Source of the DNA: Bugula neritina
Lineage: Eukaryota; Animalia; Bryozoa
Assembly: GCA_964035545.1 (NCBI GenBank)
Contig: OZ037770.1
Location: 14,436,642 to 14,500,641 of the forward strand
Length of the DNA stretch: 64,000 nt
Direction: 5' to 3'
The notes under the pieces are model-generated. The model saw only the letters and a list, made by a program, of their open reading frames with translations, was not told the DNA's origin and searched no databases. This document shows, piece after piece, positions 11,914 to 24,206 of the stretch; position 1 is the first letter of the stretch, and every line of letters starts with the position of its first letter. The translations under genes were made by a program, and so were the position numbers.

Positions 11914-11914
11914 T

Positions 11915-12455
11915 TGTCACAAATTCTGAGTGGACATATACCTATAGACTTACCGGGTTTTTCCTAATGATTATACACGAATGTTCATAAATATTCTAGA
12001 CTGATCAAAGAGATGGGTCATTGTTCATTGTTATTGTTTTCATTAGTCATGTTAACTACTGCCCAGCAATGTAAACAAGGTGTTGCGCAATAACCATGGA
12101 AATTCCAATGTTTTGTTTTGTTTTTCTATAAATAGTATTGGCATGTGGGGAATGTTTTCTACTAGAATCTTCTGTACTGGAATGCTTGAGAATATTCTAG
12201 AGCTTTTTGTTTACTATAAATACTGAGGCAGTTGTGTTTACAGTTCATTCTCGCAGTTCCTTTTTATAAGTTCATTCTCGGAGTTCATTTTTACAAATTC
12301 ATCTGTGCATATCTTACTAAAGGAATAAAGTCTACTTATATTCACAACTCTATTTTACTCACAACTGGATTAGCAAGCTGTATGCTACTTGTCTATACAC
12401 TTCTGACTACCAGACTTTTCGAACTCGTCACACTGCTACCAACAGTTTTGTGACA
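11915..12455 (+). repeat. 3' LTR (541 bp)
   Basis: Direct repeat of 6767-7307, followed by TSD CATTA. Confidence 0.97.
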
Positions 12456-13430
12456 CATTATAAAATAAATTGCGTTTTGTCTATCAACTCCTAATTCTAA
12501 TTTTCTATTTTTATTCTTTGGGAGTTATTCTATCCCAATGCTACGTGTGACAAGCTACAAAAGCAATGACTACTGAGTATCAAAGTGTGTTTTTGCCAAC
12601 TTGCATCTAGATTCACTTTTCTCACCACTGATGTTATTGGTTCACCCTGTCTGATACAATGATATTAGCTTTTAGAAGAAGCGTGATAGGAGGAAAGCCT
12701 TGTAAGCCTGTAAAAAGCTGTCTTTATAGCATTTGTAATTGCAGTAGGGCTAAGAATTTAAAATGCTCATTTTTTAAATAGAGTAAACGGCAGGTTACTA
12801 GCTTTTACTGGTAGGAAAATATTAATATATTCATAGCATAATTTACTACCATAGGGTAAAGTTTGAAACTCTGCTTCGATAATATTTCACCTTATAGTTG
12901 AGTTACCAAATACAACTGAAAAGACTTTAAACAATTACATATTTTTATAAACTGCATTATTGCAAAAAAGTCATTGGAAAATTTTTTCTGATTTAATACT
13001 TGAAAAATAATTATTTGCAAGTTTAGGCAAGGCTGTGGCTGTAATAAAAATCAATAAACATATTTACATGAATTCAAAAGAAAGGGCAAGATTTTATCTT
13101 GTATATAATTGTAGCTCAGGAGTTATTCTCACCTGATAAAAGACTCCAATTAGTAAAGCATAAATAGAGATTGCAGAGCAGGAGGAGTAAAATCCCAAAC
13201 ATGAACTGAAGAAACAAAATTAACTTAACAAAACCTGTCAGCTGGAGAAAAGAGTTCAAAATACAAACAATGACTTGTTACTAGACTGCAAAGCGACTTT
13301 TTACATGAAAATTACAGGAAATAAAAAATAAATGACAGAATACCAGCACAGCAACGAACTTTGTTTTTTTATTTAGCTCATACAAATAACTTGCAGGGTC
13401 TAATATTTACAGTTTAAGTAGGCAAGAAGA

Positions 13431-16400
13431 CTAGGCATCTGGCAGTACGCCAAGTCTGAGCTGGATTCTCCTACAACTTTCGGACTTTGGAAAGAGGTGG
13501 CAGTGGAAGGTATATGCTCTGAAACAAGAGGTAAGAAAGAGGTGAGAGTGGAAGGTATACACTCTCTGAAACAAGAGGTAGGAAAGAGGTGAGAGTGGAA
13601 GGTATATGCTCTGAAACAAGAGGTAGGAAAGAGGTGAGAGTGGAAGGTATATGCTCTGAAACAAGAGGTAAGAAAGAGGTGGCAGTGGAAGGTATATGCT
13701 CTGAAACAAGAGGTAAGAAAGAGGTGAGAGTGGAAAGTATACAGTACACTCTCTGAAACAAGAGGTAAGAAAGAGGTTAAACAACTTGATAAACTAATTA
13801 CAAAGTGCTATTTTTATTCAGACAAACCCAGCAAGTTCTTAAACCGGCAAAAATACTTGTAAATATAAATTAAGTTTTGATTCCAATGCATATCCATCAC
13901 TGTGCACCCCCCCCCCCTCCGTTGCTGCTTACACCCCTGCTCTAGCACTGAATCATGAGGTACACACGCTAAAAGAAACAGTCACCGTGTGTGGTATACA
14001 TGTTCAGCATAAATACCATTCTCACTCAATTATTTACAAGATACTAAACTATAGAGCAAATCTTACCTCGTAGGATCTACAGAGATAGGGAATTGTGGGA
14101 TTTCACTCCGTATTAAAAGTCGATTTGGTATTAGGATAGCTTTAGACGCAACAACGTCACCCCAACTGATGCTGATCTACAATACAAAAACATATTCTAA
14201 TATTAGAAGAGCTTGTAACTTACATTATCTAGTAGAAGGAAACAAGCACCTGTTATGACAGTCTAGTAGAAGGAATCAAGCACCTGTTATGATAGTCTAG
14301 TAGAAGGAAACAAGCACCTGTTATGACAGTCTAGTAGAAGGAAACAAGCACCTGTTATGACAGTCTAGTAGAAGGAATCAAGCACCTGTTATGATAGTCT
14401 AGTAGAAGGAAACAAGCACCTGTTATGACAGTCTAGTAGACAGAAACAAGCACCTGTTATGACAGTCTAGTAGAAGGAATCAAGCACTTGTTATGATAGT
14501 CTAGTAGACAGAAACAAGCATCTGTTATGACAGTCTAGTAGAAGGAAACAAGCACTTGTTATGTCAGTCTTGTAGAAAAAAGCAAGCACCTATTATGGCA
14601 GTTTAGTAGAATAAATAGATAGATGGAGAAGAGAAAGTACCTGCTTATGATAGTCAAGCGGATCTATCTGCCACATGGGCTCCAGGTGAGAGTGCATCTC
14701 TGGTATAGAGGTTAGAGGTACTTCCAGTAAATAATCTAACAAAAAACCCAATTAGGCTGTATTATGGCCAACACAACAGAGCACCTGTTAAGATAAAGTC
14801 AAGATCATACTTACTGCACACGTAGCCAATAACAGTGTCGTCTGGGTTGCTTATTGCCTCCCCTCTTTTTATAAACTCCCCATTTCTGAAACAAATCAGA
14901 GACTTCAATGATACAAGTTGAAATAAAATGAAAATAAATTAATTGAAATAAAATGAAATAAATTAATTGAAATGAATTACAGCGCTTCCTCCATATCTCA
15001 ATAAGCTACGAGTCACAAAATCTCAACTCGTGACATAGTAGAATACCATACTCAACTCGCAGATCGGTTAACCTCGGCCATTTCGCCTCTATCCTAAAAT
15101 ACGTAAGCCACAAAACAGAGATCCAAGCCTTTCTCGTGACGTATAGAGTTCCGTGAGATGTAGAGGAAGCACTGCAGTTGTAATATAATAGTGAGAAAGT
15201 AGATATGAATAACTCACCCACACAATGGCACCATTCTTTTAGCCAGAGCTCTGCTAATACACAAAGCAGCACCTCCTGTAGCGAACCAATAGGATATCTT
15301 TTTCCTCTAAAGAAAACCAATACAAAACAGTTTTACAAAATCAGTCAAATATGATGAGTTTCTATCAAACACTGCTACTGAATTGGAATTATAATTCCTG
15401 TCTGTTTTAAAGCAGTGATATTTGCATAATAATAAACAACAAAATATTATTCCTCAAGAGCAGCAGTAGTCTAGGGGTTAGAGTGTTTGGCTTAGTAAAC
15501 ACAAAGTAATGGGTTCGAACCCCAGTAAAAGCCATTGATTATGTCAGGAAGAGCATCCAGTCATAATTGCTCCTGTGCCTCATCTAAATAAGTCCTTAGC
15601 CTGATTTAATAAAAACCCCTTCCATCAGGGGTTTCTCCCCGGGATAGCGACTATAAACTTGCATGAGAATACTATTTTTTCACACTTTACCAACAAAACT
15701 ACCCACAATTCCTGATCAATTCATTATTACAACATGCATCTCCACACCGCAAGCCTTAATGAACCAGCAAACAGGTTTTACATACCTTGTGTTCCATGAC
15801 AGAGTAGATATGATTGTGTACATACCTTGTGTTCCATGACAGAGTAGATATGATTGTGTACATACCTTGTGTTCTATGACAGAGTAGATATGATTGTGTA
15901 CATACCTTGTGTTCCATGACAGAGTAGATATGATTGTGTACATACCTTGTGTTCCATGACAGAGTAGATATGATTGTGTACATACCTTGTGTTCCATGAC
16001 AGAGTAGATATGATTGTGTACATACCTTGTGTTTCATGACAGAGTAGATATGATTGTGTACATACCTTGTGTTCTATGACAGAGTAGATATGATTGTGTA
16101 CATACCTTGTGTTCCATGACAGAGTAGATATGATTGTGTACATACCTTGTGTTCCATGACAGAGTAGATATGATTGTGTACATACTTTGTGTTCCATGAC
16201 AGAGTAGATATGATTGTGTACATACCTTGTGTTCCATGACAGAGTAGATATGGTCCAGGCTGGGTTTACCGATGTACCAGTCCTTGTCATGATCATACCC
16301 TCTCAGCATCTTCACGAAGTTCGGGATATTAATGTAAGTATCGTCATCAACTGAACAAAACCATTTATACCTGTGAAAAATAACAACACAAAATCGCTAA

Positions 16401-19400
16401 AAGCAGCGCCGTGTTGGGGGTGACTGAGTGCAGAGCTTGTATAGAGAGTTTCATCCAAACTAGGAACCAATGCACTAAACATAAAACAGCTTTATATAAA
16501 TACACTTTTTATGTCACCCATAGTTCTTGTAAGAAAATAATTGAAAAATTAGAGTTATGCTTCCTTTGCTACCAATACACTTGGAGTTATGCTCTCAGTA
16601 CGAACACTGATGTAATACTCACTGCTCTATCTTGGACATATACAAATCATACATGATTTGAAGTTTACACATGAGGTCTTCCCTAAAATGTAAATATACT
16701 TCTATCAGCTTACAATGATATCTACAGTACAAGGTTTCATCTACTATAATTATAAAAAACAACGAAATATATGATCACAACAATACTATTACTACAGTAT
16801 AACTACAACAACACTAATACTACAGTATAACTACAGCAATACTAATACTGCAGTATAACTACAACAATACTAATACTACAGTATAACTACAACAATACTA
16901 TTACTACAGTATAACTACAACAATACTATTACTACAGTATAACTACAGCAATACTATTACTACAGTATAACTACAGCAATACTATTACTACAGTATAACT
17001 ACAACATTACTATTACTACAGTATAACTACAACATTACCATTACTACAGTACACACTGGCAGTACAACTCATCAAATAGCCTAAACGTACCTTTTGTGGG
17101 TGGCGCCACACTTAGTATTCACATAACGAGACCCATTACCTACAAGAATAGTGAGAAATTCAGGGCTAATCTGACAAACATAGGATATGCTTAAGCTAGC
17201 TGATTAAAGAAATCCTGACAGACTTCATTTATGCAGCACTAAAATATTCATACATATCTTAGCTAATATATTCAAGCTGTTTGAGAGTTGTATGCTCAAA
17301 CAATTTTGTTTCATTATAAAATGTCTCGAACTAACTTAGGATTTCTAATGCTAGGCGATAATGTTTCCAGTCTGTGGTACTATAGAATTAACAGTAACTA
17401 TGACCGACTTCTACTACATGCTCGGTGCGACACTTGATAACTCAGGTGACTTGAAAGAGAAATACGAGGCACACGTGTATGACATTCAGACTTACCAAAC
17501 TTTGCAGCCAACTCAGGGTCTTCACCGTCAGTCATGATATACACCTAGGAGGTAACATACATGCATTATCATCACTCACTGCTCACACAAGGCCTAAACA
17601 TCTAACAGCTGTTACCACACAATGCATTTCTAGTTGAAGTATTTTATTTGAACAGCCATGTTATAGGTGGGAAAACTCCTAATAAAAACACACATTATAA
17701 TGATATGTAGATGGAAGGCTCAAATGGAAATTTGCTACACTGGCAGCTTTAAAAATGGTGCTGCCAGAGTCTGCGATAGAAGAACAGTATTCTAATTTCA
17801 ACATTATAATTTCTAGCTGCAGACATGAGGGAATTCTATGTTATTATGGGAAGTTGAGGTCTTATCCAATATCTTATAGAAGAAGCACAGAGTAGCTACT
17901 AGCTAACAGTCAGCTGGCTGTACATAAGATTCTACACTTCCCTGCAAAGTAATCGGATTTCAAAAGTATAGCGTAACATTTAATTCAATTTCAAATATAA
18001 TTTGTAATCGATCAGGATATGTGACCAGTCGCGACAAAACCGGGGATGTGGCGGCGTTTATAAAGTGTAGTAAATGAAGGTTTAATTTGGAAATATTTAA
18101 TTTTTAAATTAATTTCCAATTTTTAGATTTTGAACTTTTCTAATACAAAAAAATCCAAGGATTTCAAAAATCATACTTTCGTAGGCATTTGATGATTCCT
18201 TCAGCTCTAAAATTGCATTTAAAGTTGGTAACTAAGGCTTTCAATTTTTTAAATGATGAAAAAATTGCGAAGTTATCAATTAAAGAAAGAAGACAATTTT
18301 AGTCATTTTCATAGCGTGAGATCTTGCAAATTTTCTATTTATTAAATAAATTTAGCTTACACCTCTTTCTTCGTATTGTCAGAAGCATCGTATTTAAGAT
18401 CGAAGGCTAGTTTTAGTTTTTCATCGTGTTCCCACTGAGCTGGAATATTATTGAGTTCGATGCGTGTTCCATCCAAAGTTAGCTTTGAAGTTACTGAGCT
18501 GTTTTGCCCTTTTGGTGATAAATGCTGAACTTAATCTTTATCTTTAGCGCTCAAGCTTGAAAATCACAACAATACAGGTAATTATACTCAAAACAATCAT
18601 TTACGCTACTAACTTAAAATTGTTGCCAAGATTATTTGTAGTTATCAATTTTAATTTATTAATATTTATACCATCACTAGGACTAGGAGTAGGAGTATGT
18701 CTTAGAGTTAGTCTATTCTATTCTATTTCTATACTAGTAACTATTTAAATGACTCTCACTATGACTCACAGTTTGAGGTACGGTTACTCATAATGATAAT
18801 CATAATGAATACCATTCATGATTTACTGATACTGGTATTTGGTAGTAAAACCAAATGTAGCTCATTAATATTAATAGTATAAGTAATTAATAATTATAAA
18901 TTCACTATTTGAGTCTGACTCTGAGTTTCGCCTTTGCTCTTAAAACTTGATACTCATACTGATAGTGATAGTATTATATTTATTGATTTATTCTATAGTT
19001 GATTTTTCAATTTACATTGGACTTACTCTTAGTAACCTTTAGCCTCTGTCTTAGATTTTGTCAATACGGTTACTGATTACTATTACTATTAACATTAGGC
19101 ATACTAGTCGAACTACCGGTTTCTTTTGTGATTTTTAAATTAGCTCAAAGTTTGATTTAAAATATAATGATAAAATCTTTATCACATTATGCAGGCTTAC
19201 AGTTACTGTCAAAACTCAATTGATAATCATATTTATATTCATATTGATAAAAGCATCACCTATAACCAAATTGAAATGATAAATGTGACTAAATGTAAAT
19301 GAGTATAATGATGAATTATTAATGCGAGTTCATGATGATTCTATAGTTGACTGACTTAGTTTTTCAGTAAGTTACTTTTAGTAACACTAACTGAATGCAT

Positions 19401-22400
19401 AAATAGTCTAAACTTTTCAATTTTATTATAAAGGATGAGCAAAAGTTTATTCATATTTTAAAGTAATTTATTGAATTCAAATTGATTTTATAGTAAATGT
19501 CTTTAATATATTCAGTTGCATTTAGCTAGCTTTTTTACTCAATTAAATGCCTGAGTGGTTAATAGTTATTGAAAGACATTGCTTCAAAATTGCCAATTGC
19601 AGATATGCTAGATATTCAAGTGCATAATGTGTAATTTTACTGATAATACTATGTTAATATAGAATAATCCGATATTCTGTACATTTTAGAAAGTGGACTT
19701 GCGAGGGCATTAGAGTGAAGACTTATACCTACACAACTCTACTACCTATCAATCTAATACTTCTAATGTAGACACACTGAATTTTGGCATGCAAGGTTAT
19801 GGCTTCTGCTTATTTCATTCATAAAAAGGTTTGCAGTCTTTTAATGATGTGCTTGAAAATTATCAACAATTTTTTAAATTTAAATTGTTCTGTTTAATTC
19901 AATAAATTTAAACGTTGATAAAATGCAAGATCACAATTAACTGCTGCCACAATAGTACCACAAGAGTGTTCAGCCAACTAAATTTTTATAATATAACTAG
20001 GTATAATTTCTAATCAAGCTACGGTTTCCTTTTGTTATCTAAAAAAAGTCAACATTGTACTTTCAGCTCTGGAATAGACAATAGATGGGTAGATTGGCAG
20101 GATGGATGTCAAGTAGCAGCATCTATAATTGCTAGAAAATCAGCTGATGATAGTGATGAAGCTTTTGCCACATACATGATGTTATGTGTCCATACTCCGT
20201 AAACTCATATTATGAAGACCAAGGAAGTAGAAAGATGAAAAGTGCCTTTTTTGCAAAAACCATAAAAGCGACCTTATTTTCTTTTCTTGATAAGAGTTAA
20301 TTCAAGCATAATGGTTGTATCCAGGCTGGATTTTTTACTGCATTTAATTGGTTTTTTTAAAATAATGTATTTGATGTTTTAAATGTGAATATTAATGCCT
20401 AATAAAACTCAAAAGTTCTGTTAGCTGATTTTATGTTTATATTTTCAACATCTCAGCCAAATCAATTGCTAAATTTAGTTGCCGTTAGAGATTATAAAGA
20501 TATTTATGAATAAATCTCGCATGATCTCATAATAGTAAAATAATTTTCTCATAAGTGTTCTACTCATTAAGCAATAATTATGAAACAGCACAGCTCAATA
20601 GCTGCAGTTTGATATATTACACAATATATTAGAGGAAAGGGAGATATTCAATGTATAAGAGGAAGCAGCTGCCATTTTGTTTTATATGACTTCCTGCTGA
20701 CTTGGATGCCTAATTTAAATATCTCAACACACAAACTTGCTAAAACATTCTCTTCTTTGCTGGAATTGTTAAACCTTTCAACCATTGAACAAAGTAAAAA
20801 GCAAATTGACAAATAAATTAGACAAAAAGTTTGGCAGCCATATTTGACCTAATTTTATGTTGAGGCAGCATGAAATTTAGTTTAACAGAAAGCCCAAACT
20901 TTCACAATTATTTTGATACCAAATTTGTCACTATTCCTATTATACAAAGACCCGTTGCTAAGGCTTGTAAATTGTAAACAAACAATTCTCAACTTATTCT
21001 AGAGTTGCCAACTTTAAACGCGATTTTCTCGAAACAGTAAGTTAGAAATTCTAAAAACGTTGAAGATTTTAAATACTGATATCTCGAGTTCTATTTATGC
21101 TAGAGACTTCAAATAAAGTGCAAAATGTTCAGAAAAGTCTGCTCTATCAATTCATAATAATAACTAAGTTTTCAACATTTTATATACATCCCTTGTTTTG
21201 TGGTGCCAGGTCACATATTTTAATGAAGTGTGAAGTAAACTGTAAAGAGATGCTGACAGGAAGTAAGCCAATTGGTTTAATGTCCACAAAGGGTGAAGGG
21301 GTGGGGGATTGAAAGGTTTATGATGAAATATGCTGTCACAGCTAATTTACAACTGGTCAAGAGCAGTATTACCCACTCATATATACTAGAACACAATTAT
21401 ACTAATGTGCATGTCAGACTACAGTCTAAACTCGACTGTGAGCGAGTTTTCGAGGCTAAGCGTTGAACTCTGTGACGTCACAACTGTCTGATTTCTGAAT
21501 GCAGCAGACATGTGGAAAGCTAAAACTTTTCGTTCAGCAATCATCTAATCACTGACTAGAAGGTAAGCCCTGATTGGTTGAATGCTTCTACTTATTCCAC
21601 GTGATACTAGCTAGCATTATTATTTAATTTAATTCTTCAAAAACTATATTATTTTACTACATATGATAAAATTATGTATGCAAATCTTGGTAAATTATGA
21701 AAATAAATATTGAGCAGATAAATTTGGCTGAATTTTATTAGCATACATAGTTCACTACGCTAGTGAATTCGATTGAATAAAGCTAGTAAATCCCATTAAA
21801 TGAAGCTAGTAATTTGGAATAATTGAAGCTAGTAAACTAGAATAAAAAAACTAGTAAATCTTATTGAATTATGCAAGTAAATCTTATTGAATTATCCTAG
21901 TAAACCTCATTAAAATGCACTAAAATTGATTATTGGTTGCTGCTGGCACGGCAGAAACTGAGTTACGGCATTCCTATTGGTTAAAAGTTTACTAAGATAG
22001 TACGTGTTCAGCGTTTGTAGTGTGAACAGCAACAATAAAGAAGTGAGGTAGAAGCTATGTGAGAGCAGCCCGAAAACAGCGTTCACAGTTAAGTTTTGAC
22101 TGTAGTCTAAATGGGGCATAATGTTTGTTATATTTCATAATTTCTCAATTTTACCTCTTTCTTCAAAGAGTAGGGCAAGCTAACCACAATCGCTAGACAA
22201 GTTTGACGTATAATATTATTATAATATATCATAACATTATAATATATTATATTATAAATATATTATAATATATAATTACGAACCTCAATAGTGACATAGT
22301 AGAACACCATATTTAACTCACAGATCAGTTAAATTTTGCCTTTTTTTCGCTTACACACATACATAAACCACAAAAACTGGGAAGGAGGTTAAAGCCTTTT

Positions 22401-22884
22401 TTGTGACCGATGAAATTTCATGAGAAAGGACTAGGTGAGCTACATAAGAGCAAGTACAGCAGTATGGAGTGAATGAGTAGAGAGTTTGTGTTGATTCCGT
22501 TTGAATACTCACAGAGGACTTGGCGTAGTTGTACCAAGTATCTAGAATGATCCCTACTCGATCCTTGTGAAACCTTTCACTAGACTTAAGAACGAGGAAA
22601 ATCTCCTCCATGTACAGACTATGATTCTTTTTACCACCAATGTTCGATGAGAGGGAATACTCAAACTCGTTGAGTGCCTTGATATTGGCAGCATTAGTGT
22701 CGTGAACAGCATGCTCTGTGACTTGCCGATTTGCTGGCTCCCCGTGAGGGACTGTTGAACTGTTACGAAAACGAGAAGGGTCAGAAGTTCTGGCGGAGAG
22801 TTTGATGATGACGATACCGGCTGCGATTATGATAAGGATACATAGCAAACTCACTGGAGTTAGCCGTTTCATGCTGACTTTCAT
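13431..22884 (-). CDS. fng: Fringe-like beta-1,3-N-acetylglucosaminyltransferase gene B, isoform with first coding exon 1a (about 375 aa)
   Basis: Exons 22884-22513, 17544-17496, 17139-17091, 16682-16623, 16370-16226, 15306-15218, 14885-14815, 14735-14641, 14176-14067, 13518-13431. Motifs VYIMTDGED, KWFCSVDDDTYIN, YIGKPSLD, YWFATGGAALCISR, NPDDTVIGY, MHSHLE, DPTR|AYTFHCHLFP are the canonical Fringe signatures. Orthology to fringe itself (versus a lineage paralog) was not tested. Confidence 0.9.
13490..13776 (-). repeat. 45-52-bp tandem repeat (6 units) containing the last-exon splice acceptor plus exon start of gene B
   Basis: Unit ttacctcttgtttcag|AGCATATACCTTCCACT(GC/CT)CACCTCTTTC. Acceptors at 13518, 13565, 13610, 13655, 13700 and 13752. 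Confidence 0.93.
14228..14610 (-). repeat. 34-bp minisatellite (about 11 units), intron 8 of gene B, resembling exon-8 end plus donor
   Basis: Minus-strand unit GACTGTCATAACAG|GTGCTTGTTTCCTTCTACTA versus the true junction GACTATCATAAGCAG|GTACTTTCTC. Confidence 0.9.
15458..15670 (+). mobile_element. tRNA-derived SINE (other copies at about 30930-31117 -, 39830-40010 +, 45242-45345 -, 59830-59985 -, 62610-62820 +)
   Basis: Pol III B-box-like GGTTCGAACCC head followed by the conserved body ggaagagcatccagtcataattgctcctgtgcctcatctaaataagtccttagcc, found six times in the window. Confidence 0.8.
15779..16252 (-). repeat. 40-bp minisatellite (12 units) containing exon-5 end plus splice donor of gene B
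   Basis: Unit CATATCTACTCTGTCATGGAACACAAG|GTATGTACACAAT. Donors occur every 40 bp from 16225 to 15785. Confidence 0.95.
16778..17051. repeat. 28-bp minisatellite in intron 3 of gene B
   Basis: Unit caatactattactacagtataactacaa, about 10 copies. Confidence 0.85.
18017..21218. mobile_element. 3.2-kb non-autonomous TIR (DNA transposon-like) element in intron 1 of gene B
   Basis: Left end atatgtgaccagtcgcgacaaaaccggggatgt; right end reverse-complemented atatgtgacctggcaccacaaaacaagggatgt. Subterminal inverted match tttaaagttgg(t/c)aact at about 18219 and 21003. No transposase ORF. Confidence 0.7.
21416..22108. mobile_element. MITE (about 690 bp)
   Basis: TIR agactacagtctaaactcgactgtgagcgagttttcg versus reverse complement agactacagtcaaaacttaactgtgaacgctgttttcg. 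Confidence 0.75.
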
Positions 22885-23219
22885 TACGCTGCCTATAATC
22901 CTATTGGTAGATATTAGTAGTTTGATGTTTACTACTATAGAGTTGAAGCTTTGTATAAGCTGGACTTCTAGATTCTCTCAATAGGTGTAGTTGTTTGCTT
23001 TGCCCTAGTTCCAGTAATATGATTTCCTTTTGTATAGAATCAATGCTTTCGTTGCTGTTCATTCAGCCCCTTGTTGTCTTTGATTGGTTCAGTACAATAG
23101 AATTATGATTCTACATTGCACACAACAAATTCAATTCTTGCTATTGTGGCACTATCACACTATAGGAGGAGTTAGAAACACAATGCTGCTACAGCTGATA
23201 CTATTACATAATTAAACTA

Positions 23220-23474
23220 TGCTTCAGGCCACTGAAATGGAATATTTTGCGATGAGGGCCAGTGAAAAATTAGCTTGAGCTGGGGGCCAGGCATCAGTAC
23301 TTTCCAAATTCCTATGTTTTGTAGCATGTTTATAAGTAAGACATTTAAAAGGTGGGTTTTCCACTCTAATTCATAAAACGTATGCAGAATAATTTTATTT
23401 GCTATGCCTTTGAGGGCCACATAAATGTAGTCTCCCCCCCCTTTAGCCCTGGAGCCGCCTGTTGTACAGCCCTG
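23220..23474 (-). mobile_element. hAT-like non-autonomous element (related copy at about 28532-28860, + strand)
   Basis: End CAGGGCTGT(A/C)CAACAGGCGGC...ACATTTATGTGGCCCTC is shared by both copies. CAGGG termini are typical of hAT/Charlie elements. Confidence 0.55.
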
Positions 23475-24206
23475 ATATAGTTAGCACTACATCTCTTTAC
23501 TACAGCAGTACACACCATACCGTCTTTTGTATTTGCTTGCTTCAAAACCACTATTCACATTATATTCATATTACCTATTAGCATAGAGTTGTGTAAATTT
23601 AAATGAACACTGTGTAGGCTATATTTTGTTTACATTAAAATACAGCCTTTTATTCAACAGAGATTTCAATAGTTGGTTTAGGCATGTGATGTGTAACTTT
23701 ATTTATAGAGTAGATAACTTCTAAAAAAAGAACATATTTAATTCCTGATTCAACTATGTTTCAAAAGTGGGAGTAGTTCTAATAAAGCTAAGAGCCATTT
23801 GATGACATAATGCGTGAAGAAGTAGTGCATGATAGACAGAATAAGTAACTGAGAAACAGTGAGAAACGGTGAAGCCTAATTTACTGAAATGGTATTTATC
23901 AGCGACTATTCAAATTTATGCAAGCTAGATGATTCCTTCTCACCTCATAATTGGCCTACAGCTAAACAGAGAGGGCGTGACAGATGGGAAATTACATTCA
24001 AACAAGGAAAAATCTCCATTAAGTTAACCCAATAATCTGAAGATCTGAAGCTACGTTTATTCAATCTTGTGTCAGTTTTAGTTTTATATCAAGTAGGTTT
24101 TGAGCACCATATCATATTTGCAGCGAGATAAAACATGCTTTAATTAGCCATAAAATCAACTGAACCATATGGCAAACTAAACTACTAAAAAGTAAACGTG
24201 ACTTAC

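Larger units (their letters stand above)
6767..12455 (+). mobile_element. Full-length Ty3/Gypsy LTR retrotransposon, Gmr1-like (integrase upstream of RT)
   Basis: TG...CA LTRs at 6767-7307 and 11915-12455. 5-bp TSD CATTA at 6762-6766 and 12456-12460. PBS, PPT, gag-pro and int-rt-rh ORFs are present. Confidence 0.97.

Noticed and set aside
15716-16315. Overlapping repetitive ORFs (93-140 aa) as separate proteins
   Set aside because: They are translations of the 40-bp array. Only 16370-16226 is a supported exon.
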